Assembly: GCA_964016885.1 (NCBI GenBank)
Contig: OZ024740.1
Location: 260,586,001-260,650,000, forward strand
Source: Eledone cirrhosa
Taxonomy: Eukaryota
Reading direction: 5' to 3'
DNA: 64,000 nt
Shown: positions 44,338 to 57,799 of the stretch, one piece after another
Numbering within the stretch: the stretch's first letter is position 1
How the letters are laid out: each line of letters opens with the position of its first letter
Program-made: the position numbers and the translations under genes
The notes under the pieces: generated by a model
Database searches by the model: none
Told to the model about the DNA's origin: nothing
What the model saw: only the letters and a program-made list of their open reading frames with translations

Positions 44338-44410
44338 TTTCATTAACCAAAAGTTTCACGAAGACAGACGAGCCTGACACAGACATCTGACTTCGCTCGT
44401 CAGAATGAAA
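44338..44410 (-). ncRNA. Type I hammerhead ribozyme
   Basis: Stem I TTTCATT/AATGAAA, core CTGACGA, stem II GCGAAG..CAGATG..CGTCTG..CTTCGT, GAAA, stem III ACT-ttt-GGT, triplet GUU. Confidence 0.8.
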
Positions 44411-45356
44411 ATTTATTTAAAATGGAAGTGAGACGTGGATTTCAAAACAAAGTCTAGAACAATTGAAAGCGACGCTGAAATAAAATAACGGACGTAATGT
44501 AAAGGGGAAAATAATAAACATTCTTTCATCTGATACAACACAATAAAGACTAAAGTGTTTTTTAAAAAAATAAATGTATATACATATACATTTATTATTT
44601 TCCCCAGGGCGGTGGATTGGCAGTATCGGTAGAGAGTCGGACGCCATGCTTTCCAGCATAGTTACGTCTCTTTACGGTCTGAGTTCAAATCCCGCCGAGG
44701 TTGACTTTGCCTTTCATCCTTACGGGGTCGATAAAATAAAGTACCAGTAATGCACTGGGTAATTGCTGGCCTTGTGCCTAAAGTAGAAACAATTATTTTC
44801 CCCTTTACATATATATAAACATATACATATATAAGCACATACCCACGCATATACTTATACTTACACATACGTATATATACAAATACATACATGCGCACTT
44901 ACACTTACACATGCGTATATATACGTATACATACACATACCTATACATATATATATATATATATATATACACATACTTACATACACGCACACATACGCAT
45001 ACATGTACACATGCATGCACACACACATATGCATACATGTACACATGCATGCACACACACATATGCATACATGTACACATGCATGCACATACACATATAT
45101 ATATGGATATATATATATATACACACACATATACATATATATATACACGCACACATACATATACATATATGTATACACACGCGCACACACATGTATATGA
45201 ATACATATATAAACACATACAAAATGCCATACACACACGTAGATTTACGTCGATATAGTTCGGTAGCAGGTTAAGCAGGCAAGAAAAATATTAAAAATAA
45301 GATTAAAAATAAAAATAAAGATAAAAATCCATATCTCACTTCCATTTAAAATAAAT

Positions 45357-45427
45357 TTTCATTCTGACGAGCGATGTCAGACGTGTGTCAGGCTCGTCTG
45401 TCTTCGTAAAACCTTTGGTAAATGAAA
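45357..45427 (+). ncRNA. Hammerhead copy with G12 to A core mutation
   Basis: Same fold with CTGACGA and a GUA triplet, but AAAA replaces GAAA. Confidence 0.65.
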
Positions 45428-45989
45428 TAATTATCTTATGTTGTTTATTACATAACTAAAAAGGTCTGTATTCTACATAGAACACTCTCTTTTCCTTTAC
45501 CTTTCCTACGGAAACACTTCATGTATATAATGTATATATATGATGTAGACGGCAAAAACTATTAAAACTTGAAAACATTGAAACTTCCTAAAAAAATATT
45601 TTTAATTCATTTTTTTTTTAGGAAGTTTCAATGCTTTCAAAGTCTTTATAGTGTTTGCTGTCTAAAGAGCCCAGGCTATCATAATTGATAGTCATCAGTG
45701 AAATATGTATAACGGAGTTTTAAATAAACCTGAATCAGCTGATTATGGCCTCTGTTCTATATAATGCTCCAGCTTGTACCATTTATACAGGTCGTTGAGC
45801 GCTTCATTTTATCTGCATTACATCCGGCCGACCACATTGTGGTCCGCACATCCCTGGTCGGTTAGCCCCATATTCTAAATATATACATATATATACTATT
45901 AGTATATATGTGCACTCACACATACATACACCGCACATTCACACACATACTACTCTCTCTCTCTTTCTCTGAAAGAAATCCGTTGTGTT

Positions 45990-46149
45990 CAGACCGTGTC
46001 TAAGGCGCCGCAAATCAAGATGGCGTCCCTACGAATCTATCCGTAGTTAACTGCGCTTTTACATCAGCTCGAAACCACTACGTTTACAGTGCATCATCAG
46101 TAAAGAAAACGAAAACAAAACAAAAGCAAGCAACATAAAATAAGTAAGT
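45990..46149 (+). promoter_or_regulatory. Candidate promoter/non-coding first exon
   Basis: CpG-containing patch with YY1-type CAAGATGGCG (46016-46025) and a GTAAGT donor at 46144. The ATG in the motif opens only 8 codons. Confidence 0.35.
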
Positions 46150-46632
46150 TTTTATCAGGCAAGCTAATGAAGTGTACATTAGGTATTTCATTTATCACGA
46201 GCTAAATTGAGGAGACAGATGTTAGAAGAGAGAGAGAGGGGGGTAGAAGGGGAAGGAGGAGATGATAAAGGTGATAAAGAAGATGGTGAGAGGGGTATAG
46301 AGGGGGTAATGTTATGAGAGAACTTCCTAAAATTCTTATCAGTTTATATATTATATGCGTGATCCTAAAATATACTTTGCTGTTTTACTGGGGAAAGGAA
46401 GATGTGTAGTAAAAGACATCATACTACAAATTGCTGTCTCATTCTTCTTCCCTACCCCCTCTGCAACACCACAACATTGATGTCTTTCTACCATCTATCC
46501 TCGCCTTGTCACATTGCTCTCATGGCCGACTAACAACACGTGCTTCTTTCTCCTCTCTTTTTCCCCTTGTTTTCTCGCCTGTCTGCCTTTTATTTCTCTC
46601 TTCCAAACGTCATCTCTTCTCTCTGTTCCTAT

Positions 46633-46666
46633 CTTCCGATGAAGGACTAACGTCCGAAATGTCAAG
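46633..46666 (+). ncRNA. Minimal hammerhead motif (U4 to C)
   Basis: CTT-CCGATGA-A-GGAC taac GTCC-GAAA TG TC-AAG. Confidence 0.7.
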
Positions 46667-47439
46667 TTTTTATAACTTTGTCAAGTATTGAAATAATATA
46701 CCATTATTGTATTGCATTCTCTTGTATTGTGTTTTGCTTGTTGACGACACACACGCACACATATATACCTACACATACAATACACTCACGCACACACAAA
46801 TAGATACATATACATAGAATACACACAGATACATGATATAATATACTACATCTAGCTTGGTCGTTCATAATGACTAGACAAGTTGGTTCTATGTAGCATT
46901 AATGATAAATTATAACGACATGGTGCCGTTCTTTACATGGTCTGCTACAAATTATGATCCCACACCACTTCTCTTTCCTATAGACTTTCTTAATAAATCT
47001 AGCAGAAAACTGATGATGGTGTGGTAGAGATGGAGGTGGTGGTGGTGGTGGTGGTGGTGGAGATGGTGGTGGTGGTGGTGGTGGAGATGGTGGTGGTGGT
47101 TGTAGAGATGGAGGAGGTGGTGGGGGGGTTGTAGAGGGGTGGGGGTAAAGATGGTGGTGGTGGTGGGGTCGTTGTGGTGGTAGTGATAGAGATGGAGGTG
47201 TTGGTAGGGGTAATAGAAGGTGGTAGATATAGTGGTGGTGGGGAAGTTGTGATGGTAGAGATGATGGTGGTGGCAGTATCCATGGGAATAGTGGTGGGGA
47301 ATAAGGTGGAGTTGTTGTTGGTGGTGGTGGTGGAAGTGGTGATAGTGATAGTGGTGGTGGTTACAGGCGTATAGTGATGGTGGTATGGTGACTGATGGTG
47401 GTTTCTAATACATACATCACTTTGGTGAGTGACATCTAC

Positions 47440-48635
47440 CATTGCATCACTACCCCCACCATCACTACACCACTACCACCACCATTACTAACACCACTAC
47501 CACCACCATCACTAACACCACCATCACTAACACCACCATCACTACACCACTACCACTGCCATCACTAACACCACTACCACCACCATCACTACACCACCAT
47601 CACTAACACCACTAACACCACCATCACTAACACCACTACCACCACCACCATCACTACACCACCATCACTAACACCACTACCACCACTATCACTAACACCA
47701 CTACCACCACCATTACTAACACCACTACCACCACTATCACTAACACCACTACCACTACCATTACTAACACCACTACCACCACCATCACTACACCACCATT
47801 ACTAACACCACTACCGCCACCATCACTAACACCACTACCACCACCATCACTAACACCACTACCACTACCATCACTAACACCACCATCACTACACCACTAC
47901 CACCACCATCACTACACCACCATCACTAACACCACTAACACCACCATCACTAACACCACTACCACCACCACCATCACTACACCACCATCACTAACACCAC
48001 TACCACCACTATCACTAACACCACTACCACCACCATTACTAACACCACTACCGCCACCATCACTAACACCACTACCACCACCATCACTAACACCACTACC
48101 ACCACCATCACTACACCACTACCACTACCATCACTAACACCACTACCACTACCATCACTAACACCACTACCACTACCATCACCGTCACTAACACCACTAC
48201 CACTACTAACACCACTACCACTACCATCACTAACACCACTACCACCACCATCACTAACACCACTACCACCACTATCACTAACACCACTACCACTACCATC
48301 ACTAACACCACTACCACCACCATCACTAACACCACTACCACCACTATCACTAACACCACTACCACCACCATCACTAACACCACTACCACCACCACTATCC
48401 ACTAACACCTTCACCACTTCCACCACCATCACTAACACCACCACCACTAGAACTACCACCACCATCACTAACACCACCATTGCCACCACCACCACTACCA
48501 CCACCATCACTAAAACCACAACCACCACTACCACCACCATCACTAACACCACCACCACTACAACTACCATCACTAACACTACCACTCTCCCCCCCCCACC
48601 ACCACCACCACCACTACTACCACCACCATCACTAA
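47440..48635. repeat. ACC/ACT-derived ~24 bp minisatellite
   Basis: Variants of ACCATCACTAACACCACTACCACC. Confidence 0.9.
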
Positions 48636-49214
48636 ATTTTGGCAAGGAAAATAGTTAAAATTTGGACAAAAGAAAAAGTTATGATTTTTGCTCAGGAAAC
48701 AAAAAGCTACAAGCCACAACTTCTGGCTAGGAAACATTACAATTTCTAGCCTATGAAAAAGTCACAATTAAAATTTTGGGTAGGAAAATAGTTACAATTT
48801 AGGTTAGAAGTTGCAGCTTTTGACAAGGAACATGTCTCAATTGCTTGGCTATGAAATGGCAGGGAAAACAATCTCAATTGTTGGCATGAAAAAGGCCTCA
48901 ATTTTGGCAAGAAAAAGGCTTCAATTTTGGCATGAAAATAGTCACAATTGTTGGCATGGAAACGTCCTCAATTTTTGGCATGAAAAAGGCCTCCATTTTG
49001 GCATGGAAATAGTCACAATTGTTAGCATGGAAAAATTCGGCTCATGTGTGTTTGTCTCTCAATAAGAGGAGTCAGGTTAATAGCAATAGCACCATAAGTT
49101 CCTGAGGAATAAAAATGACACTATTTGGTCTTGAAAATGTCACAATTTAGCTGATGTGTTGTCTGTGTGTACATTAGGTAAGTCTCCACTCATCATCATA
49201 ACCAACATCTATTA

Positions 49215-49943
49215 TCTGTATATATATAAAATTAAGTATGTGTGTGTGTGTGTGTGTATTACCTACATCTTACGACCGATTTTCATGAAACTTTACAGGC
49301 TCATAGATTAGTCATCGGGAAGTGTTTTCTATATATCAGCGTATCGTTTTTCTTTTTATTCCGGGGTCATTGTGCAGATAAAAATCGATATGGGGGGGGG
49401 GGGGTGTCACCTTTTTTTAGGTATCGAAAAATAAGATTTTTGGCTCTAGCTCCCACATTTTGCCACCGATTTCGGTCAAATTTTAAAGCAAAATAGAATT
49501 TATCATTGCACATCCTGTAATGGCTTTACATTTTGGATTTTTTGTTCAGGAATGGCCTGGCAGCCGCTTAAATATTCGAAAATACCACCTAGCTCTCACA
49601 TTTTTCAACCGATTTCGTTCAAATTTGAAACTTCGGCTCCACCTCACACACAAATCAATTTATTTGGTTCAACTTTTATACTACGATAGAACCTATCATT
49701 GCACATCTTATAGTAGCTTTACACTTTGCATTTTTTGTTCAGGGACGACGTGGCAGCCGTTTAACTCTTCAAAATACGATTTTTTCCACCTCCCACATAT
49801 TCCATACTATTTCACTCAACATTTCGCCATTTGCTACACCTTACGACCGATTTTCAAGAAACTCGCAGTCACTAAGATCAACACCTTTTCATCAAAGCAG
49901 ATATTATTTTACCTACCCAGGCAACGCTGGGTACTGCTGCTAG
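49215..49943 (+). mobile_element. Non-autonomous Helitron
   Basis: 5' TCTGTATATATATAAAA..(TG)n..CCGATTTTCATGAAACTTT and 3' ACCCAGGCAACGCTGGGTACTGCTGCTAG|T. Confidence 0.8.
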
Positions 49944-50380
49944 TATTCAATAACAGAAATTAAGTTAATTGCTATGGCAACATAGTGCCTTGCTTGTTAT
50001 TTTTTATCCTCCTTTCCTTCTTTCATTCCTTCTTCTCCCCCTCTACCTCTTTCATTCCATCTATCTGTGAAATTCCTTCACACCAAAATAAAAAGACAGT
50101 GAAACATACCAACTTCCTTTTATTCCATAGTTGACTTAGTCACCCTATATTTTCATTGGATTCCATTGGAGAAAGGAATTGGTTTAAAAAAAAAATAATT
50201 TAAAAAAATAAATAAAATAACCGGAACAACAACAACAACAACAACAACAAACAGAGTTGTGCTGTCCTGCTGGAAAGAATGTCTTTGTAAATTAGAAAAA
50301 AATATGTGTATTTCCAGTTTATCGCATGGCCAGTTTATATTTTCATGCAGCAAAACTGGGATGATTTAATTTATACATAA

Positions 50381-50570
50381 TTGTTTCTACTTTTGGCACA
50401 AGGCCAGCAATTACCCAGTACATTACTGGTACTTTATTTTATCGACCCCTGTAAGGATGAAAGGCAAAGTTAACCTCGGCGGGATTTGAACTCAGACCAT
50501 AAAGCACCGTAACTCTTTGCTGCAAAGCATGGTGTCCGACCCTCTACCGATACTGCCAATCCACCGCCCT
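50381..50570 (-). mobile_element. SINE family A
   Basis: Full-length family A sequence. Confidence 0.9.
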
Positions 50571-51486
50571 AATGAATGTCGGATAGAATGCTTTGTGGTA
50601 TTCGTTCCGGCTCACTGCTCTCTCAGTTCAAATCCCACCAAGGTCAACTTTGCCTTTCATCATTTCAAGGTCAATAAAAATTACCTCTCAAGTTGATTCT
50701 TCCGCTATATATCTTTTTCACTTCCATTCTCTCACTTTCTCTCCTTCTCTGGAAGAAATCTGCTGTATTCAAACCTGAAGAGATGGGCTCCACCAGGTTT
50801 TAAAATGCTCTAGAAATGCTGTATGTCAATATGGCACATCTACGACGCCCTCAAGAGTTACGGGACCATGCCAATTTTAGTTGTAGAAAGCTTGCCAAAC
50901 AAAGGATCTGAAGGACATTTCATCTGTGTCAAACACATAACAACCTCCCTAATGCTGGAGCCACAATAAAATGTGCTTGATAGAGCTTGAGACCACATGT
51001 AAGCAAAATTGAGGCCCTCAGCCCATCTGAGAGGTCAGTAGTCCTGCTTGAATACGGCTTTGGCCTGTAAAGTCCTATCCAACCCTTGTTAGCAGGGAAA
51101 TTAAATGTTAAATAATATTCTTTTCTTCTTCAACCACTTCTTGGGAGGCAGAGTCCTCAATCACACCTTCCAGCAAGTCTCTTTGGGATCTCAAGATACA
51201 TAACCTTTGTGCACTCATTCCATACCTCCCAGGACATGTCGAGGCCTATCACCAACTTTTGCAGCATTGGGAAGAGACTATTAAATAATGACAATCATGA
51301 TGACACATTTCAAAACCTATTAGTCCCATTACTAAAAGTTTCACATTTTAATCTGTAAAAAATATTTTAAAATTCTGTAATTTTTTGTTTATAAATTGTG
51401 TAGGCTTCGATTGTTCAGCCCATCAGCAACATCGTACATTAACCTGATAAAGAAATTGGTCAATCAAAATTGTATTATGTAGTTGA

Positions 51487-51706
51487 TTAATGTTCAAACC
51501 AGCCAAAACTGGCCAGGATTCTCTACCTTTTTCTGTTGAAACTGGCTGTAACTGGCCACTCATACTGATGTTAAGGTATTGTTCTCAAAATAAATACTTT
51601 CAAAATCGCATAGATTCGATATTATGTGAGATAATTATGCAAGGTAAAGCCTTTACCATGAAAATATAATAGTATATGTAGAGTAATGTGAATGCTAAAG
51701 GGTTAA
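51487..51706. mobile_element. piggyBac-type MITE, partial inverted copy of 56336-56567
   Basis: Ends AATGCTAAAGGG|TTAA and the body matches the reverse complement of the 56.3 kb copy. Confidence 0.75.
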
Positions 51707-52124
51707 ATAACTATTATATATGTCGCCTGCCTCCACACATGATGATATCTCTGAGATTGCTGACCTAGGATGACCCCAGCCCCATCAAGCATGAGCAAGA
51801 AGTTTTACAAAAGACATCACCTGCAAAAACAAACTGGGTTCGATTTAATCAACTTTCTCCCTCTCACCCAAAATTGTTTGCCTTGTGCCTAAATCAGAAA
51901 CTATTACTAATTAGTAGTAGCAATACCTCCTTACCACTATCACCATGATAATATTGATCATCATCATCATCATCGTCATCATCAAAATTGAAACTCAAAT
52001 TAAGAATGAAATCATCTAACCATGTATGTAGTGATTATTCAATATCACTAATAATGAGAATGTGTATGTAGGTATGCAGGTCTGAATGTGACCCCTTCTC
52101 ACTTTGCATATATATGTATGTGTG

Positions 52125-52165
<41 letters not shown>

Positions 52166-53648
52166 TATACACACACACACTCTAACATGGTTGGTGTTAC
52201 GAAGGGCATCCAGCTATAGAAACGAAACCAAAATACAGATCTGAATAAACATGGCAGTCCTTGGACCTAACTTGTGTCATAACGTAACAAGCCATCTAAC
52301 TCATGTAAGTGTGGAAAATAGATGTTAAATAATTATGATATATATATGTATATGTGTGTGTGTGTGTGTGTGTGTATATATTCGGAAAAGAAATAAGATT
52401 TCGCTTCAAGCATAGCTTTATACAATATGCATAGAAATTTCGTATTTCTAAAGAAACACGATTTTAGGAAGCCATAGCTATGCAAACACTGGGGCTAACG
52501 CCCTCTGGTGATGTACAGCAGAAGCAAGGGGGACAACCGTCTGCACTTCAGGCTTGACTGTCCTTCGTCAGGACGATCCCTCCCACCGCTTGCGACTGCT
52601 GGACTAGAAGACAGCCGAGAATATATAGTTTTCTTGTCTGTGTAAATGAGGGGATTAATCTCATTTGCATATGAAGCTGGACTTGAGAGTACTGTGGTTA
52701 GAGAGTAAAAACCAAGTAGTGGAAATACTAAGGTATTTCATATATGTGTTAATTATGATGGTAGGTGGTATTCTGAATATAGTTTGAGTAAAGGATTGAA
52801 GACCCCATTTGGTCATGAATGACCATTGGATTTGCACCTAGAAACTATCTCTCCCTGAAGCACAAGTCTGGGCATGGTTGTTTGTGGAAGACCAGCAGCC
52901 ACCCATACATACCAGTCTCCCCTCTTTACACCATCGATGTTGTCCAAGGAAAAGGCAAGGGCCAAAACAGTTTGGCACCAGTGATGTGACAACTTATATA
53001 CACTATGTACAGTATATCATCATCATCATCATCATCATTTTACGTCCGCTTTTCCCTGCTTGCAAGGGTGGGACGGGAACTGATTCTGGCTTGATTTCTA
53101 CAGCTGGATGCCCTTCCTAACACCAACCTCATTTACAGTGAGTGCTGGGTGCTTTTTTGCCGTGGCACCTCCACGACCACTTTGCAGTGGAATGATATGG
53201 ACCCCAGTCCCTATCATCTCATTTCTACAGCTGAATAAACTGGAGCAATGTGAAATAAAGTGTCTTGCTCAAGGAAACAACACATCACCCGGTCTGAGAA
53301 TTGAACTCACAACCTTTTGATTGCAAGGCCAATGCTCTAACCACTAAGCCATGTGCCTCCATATGTATGTATGTATGTATGTATATATATATATATATGT
53401 GTGTGTATATGATCTTATATATATGTGTGTATATATATATATATTGAGGAAGACAGATGTGTGAAAATGTTCCGTGAAATACTTACTAATTGAAATGATT
53501 AATTAATTAACCATCTACAATAGAAGGTGTGATCTTGAAAACAGATTTCTATTGTTTACTTCTCTATTTTTATCAGTATTTCTGATGTATGGTGCTTCAG
53601 ACTGACTCTCAATCTAAAAATGTTTGTCTGTGTGAATGTATGTATATA

Positions 53649-53910
<262 letters not shown>

Positions 53911-54329
53911 GCATGTGTGTGTTCTTAATGCAACTGAGGGAAGTTTTCCAATGTTGATATTTTAATTTGCTTAATGAGCAAATTGTTTTCACACAAGGTT
54001 CTGTTTCTATTAATAACATGGGAACATTTCCCAGCAGTGCCTTCTGCATGAAAACTTTATTTAAGTTAACTTACGTTTTAACTAATTAAAGTTAGGTCTT
54101 TGTAGAGCCCAGTGCCTCGTCAGGCCAGAGCCTGCTCCAATTGTAAGAGACATTAAGCAACTAAGAGTTCAAAATTTCCCCTTGGATGGGAAGTTATCCT
54201 AGTCAATCCTCCTGTTATAGAGAACTGAATACCTAAGACTAATTGAGAAACCCCTCAGATGCTCAGTTGACTTGATCACCAACTATCGTTGTTCGACCTA
54301 CAGGCACAAGCTGAGAGTAGTCTCAGTCA

Positions 54330-54485
54330 CTTTTACACTTTTGTTACATTCACTGACCCTTTACTAAATATAATGAAGGAGAGCATCCCGCTCTCCACAC
54401 TCACCTTCTTTTCCAAGTGAAACTTGAAAAAGTCTATGAAGAGGAATGTGTCTGTCTTCAGGTCTTTCAGTCTTGTCCACCGCAC
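54330..54485 (-). mobile_element. Older Tx1-like LINE C-terminal fragment
   Basis: VRWTRLKDLKTDTFL..FFKFHLEKKVSVE is homologous to ORF 36082..36381. Confidence 0.7.
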
Positions 54486-54526
54486 AATGATAATAATTCT
54501 TTCTAACATTGACACAAGAATACAGT

Positions 54527-54750
54527 AAAATTGACACCAAATTAAAACACAACCAACCTGATATTGTTGTTTGGGATCACAGATTGAAAACATGCTCTAT
54601 TGTAGAAGTCAGCTGCTGCCCACTCGGTGTCAATGTAGTCAGAAAGATACAATACGAGAGAGAAGGATACCTACGGACAATTAATGAGGAGTTTGCAGAA
54701 CCTGTACCCAAAATATACGTTCAGCTTCATATCCATTATTATTGGAACGT
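54527..54750 (+). mobile_element. RLE-endonuclease fragment of an R4/Dong-like non-LTR element
   Basis: KHNQPDIVVWD...CSIVEVSC.PL..NV..K / TYGQLMRSLQNLYPKYTFSFISIIIG, a PD-(D/E)xK-type pattern. Confidence 0.8.
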
Positions 54751-54990
54751 CAATTCCGACAATTGGTGTATTGTCAGAATCAGTAGATTGTCGAAAAAAA
54801 TGCTTTGCAGCATACAGTTATGGCTCTTTACGTTCTGAGTTCAAATCCTGCCAAAGCTAGCTTTGGCTTTGATCCTTACAAGCTCGATAAAATAAAGCAC
54901 CAGTAATACACTAGGGTTGATTTTATCAACTTTCCCTTCCCCCCAAAAAAAAATTCTTGGCCTTGTGCCTAAATCAGGTGTCATTATCTT

Positions 54991-55172
54991 TGGATTGGCA
55001 GTATCGGTAGAGGGTCGGACGCCATGCTTTGCGGCAAAGAGTTACGGCCCTTTATGGTCTGAGTTCAAACCCCGCTGAGGTTAACTTTGCCTTTCATCCT
55101 TACAGGGTCGATAAAATAAAGTACCAGTAATACACTGGTATAATTGCTGGCCTTGTGCCAAAAGTAGAAACA
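54991..55172 (+). mobile_element. SINE family A with TSD ATTATCTTT
   Basis: Inserted at the tail of an older SINE (~54757-54975). Confidence 0.9.
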
Positions 55173-55597
55173 ATTATCTTTTAGTAGTAATAGTCATAGT
55201 AGAGTTGTTGTTGTTGGTGTTGGTGGTGGTGGTGGTGGTGGTAGTAAGATAGTGACAAATGTTGCAGCTGTACTGGAGGAGGGTGGAAGTGGGAAAGGTT
55301 TTGATGGGAGAGGAAGCTGTACTGGGAGATTAGTGTGGAGGGGGTGGGGAAGCAGTTAGGGGGTTTGTAGGTGATAATTAGGGGATGGTGTGATGTTAGT
55401 GTGGGCTGGAAGAGGATGTGTGTAGATGTGTGGGAGGCCTCTTGGGAGTAGTGATGCAGAGAGGAGAGGGAAGGGTGGTAGGTTTTTACCTAACGGCCCT
55501 TCTCTCCCCTGTTGGGAAATATGTTGTTAAGGGTTGGGTAGGAGCAGTCTGTGTGTGCATGTGAGAGAGAGTGTGTATGAGTGTCAGAGAGAGTGTA

Positions 55598-55648
<51 letters not shown>

Positions 55649-56335
55649 TATATGTTGTATATAGAGTGTGTCACACCAACAGATACTCTGCAAATGATCT
55701 TCCCCCACCCTCAGCCCAGGAATGTTTGGTAGACTGAAAGGTAGACAGTCTCCTCTTCCCAACCCACTGTTGCTAGGTAGAATATTCCACTTCCTGCCAG
55801 TCCCAACCCCAGGGGCTGGAGTGATGTGAAGACAGAAGGTAATATTTGTTACTACTCTACCTACATATAGTTACAGGATAAATAGACCTTAGCAACAGTA
55901 GCCACCTCCCACCTCCCCTGCCCCTTGCTGAGCTATAATTCATTTGATAATTTGATTCTACAGCCACACAGAGAGTTCAAAGCTGGTTCTATCTACCATA
56001 ATACTTTAGAGGGTTACCTATTGAAACATTGGTTGCTCTCCAATAGATTTCTGGCCAAACCCTGAAGCAGTGGAGATTTCTGGCATTGGCTGTGCTAGAC
56101 CACATCCCTACTCACTACTACTATGGTGGAGTTGGCTACCCACAGAAGTGTGCCCCGTCAGTTAGAATGGCGTCTCCAACACATCTTCCTTGTCATCCTC
56201 TGCTGGAATTACAAGGCACTAAACACATGGGCTCTCCCCCACACTAGGGAAAGCTCTCCTACTCTGTCTGGGCCTGCATCACTGGGGCAGTGATACTGAG
56301 TTGGTCACTCATATGTATGTATGTATGAATTGACT

Positions 56336-56567
56336 TTAACCCTTCAGCATTTACATTACTCCATATATACTATTGTATTTTCACAGTAAAGGCTTTACCT
56401 CACACAATTATCTCACATAATATTGAATCTACGAGATTTTGATGGTGTTATTTATTTTGAGAACAATACCTTAATGTTGGTATTAGCAGCCAGTTATGAC
56501 TGGTTTGAACAGGAAGAAATGAGGGAATTCTGGCTGGATTTGACCGGTTTAAATGCTAAAGGGTTAA
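56336..56567. mobile_element. piggyBac-type MITE
   Basis: TTAA|CCCTTCAGCATTTA...TAAATGCTAAAGGG|TTAA. Confidence 0.85.
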
Positions 56568-57046
56568 ACATACAGACCCTGTTTCTGAAGCTAAAACTAA
56601 ATGGGAATAAATTGTACCATCATCATCATCATCATTTAACACCCCTTTTCCTTATTATCAAGGGCTGGACATGTTCCTGTTTCTGTATGATATTGAATGA
56701 AAACTATAACCGGATTTGTGGGTCACTCCTGAAAAGTCTCCCTCCTCCCCTCCTCCTCATCATCATCGTTTAACATCCATTTTTCCATGCTAGCAGGGGT
56801 TAGATAAGTTGTCCCATTGTGAGACAAGTCAGATAAGATTACCATGTCATACAGAATTGTTTTTGGCATGGTTTCTATGGCTGGATGCCCTTCCTAATGC
56901 CAACCACATTTATAGTATGGATGGGGTGTTTTTTATTGACACTAAAACGATCAAGTAACAGGTTGGACAGGGGGCTTTTTGTCATGTCCCCGACATGACC
57001 ACTTTATAGGGTGGACTACATGCTTTTTGTCATGTCACTAACCCAA

Positions 57047-57166
57047 CCACCTTACAGGGTGGACTGGGTACTGTTTTGTTGTATCACCAGCATGACCACC
57101 TTACAGGGTGGACTGGGTACTGTTTTGTTGTATCACCAGCATGACCACCTTACAGGGTGGACTGGA
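57047..57166. repeat. 49 bp tandem repeat
   Basis: ACCACCTTACAGGGTGGACTGGGTACTGTTTTGTTGTATCACCAGCATG x2.4, with diverged units upstream. Confidence 0.9.
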
Positions 57167-57254
57167 TGCTTTTAGTCTTAATATTAGAAAGTTGGGTTAG
57201 AATTATTGGAAGATATCTAAAACCCCAACTATGACCCAACAGTTCTCATATATA

Positions 57255-57527
57255 ATATGACCCTCCACTACAGCCATATCTATGTAAATTACATTACTGT
57301 CTATAATATGACCCTGCTGTACAGACATAATTACATCCTTATGTATGACACGACCCTGCAGTACAGCCATGTCTATGTAAATTACATCCTTATGTATGAC
57401 ACGACCCTGCAGTACAGCCATGTCTATGTAAATTACATCCTTATGTATGACACGACCCTGCAGTACAGCCATGTCTATGTAAATTACATCCTTATGTATG
57501 ACACGACCCTGCAGTACAGCCATGTCT
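57255..57527. repeat. 51 bp minisatellite
   Basis: ACATCCTTATGTATGACACGACCCTGCAGTACAGCCATGTCTATGTAAATT x~4, plus diverged units. Confidence 0.92.
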
Positions 57528-57799
57528 GTGTGAATGTTTTTGTAAATTGTACCATGTTATCAATCAAAATCTTGATCTCTCACATATATTTTACTACATG
57601 TTGAAGAAGATAAAACAACCAGATATTTAAATATTTTATGTAGAGGTTCCCAGTGAGTGTATTTACAGCCTGGCCATTTGAAATGGGCTTTTTAAACCCA
57701 GTAAAAGTTTCTGAAAATGTAAACTTATCATGACTCCTTTTTATCTTTGATTTTTAGTTCAAAATTTCTTGTATTAATCTAAGAAAATAGTTCTATGTT

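Larger units (their letters stand above)
44316..45450. mobile_element. Non-coding element with ~130 bp inverted termini, each carrying a hammerhead
   Basis: 44316-44443 is inverted relative to 45325-45450. A SINE A with TSD is inserted at 44607-44793. Confidence 0.85.

Noticed and set aside
46020-46047. ATG in AAGATGGCG as a protein start
   Set aside because: It stops after 8 codons, so it is retained only as a promoter-like motif.
52530-52575. CTGACGA plus stem on the minus strand
   Set aside because: No GAAA follows stem II.
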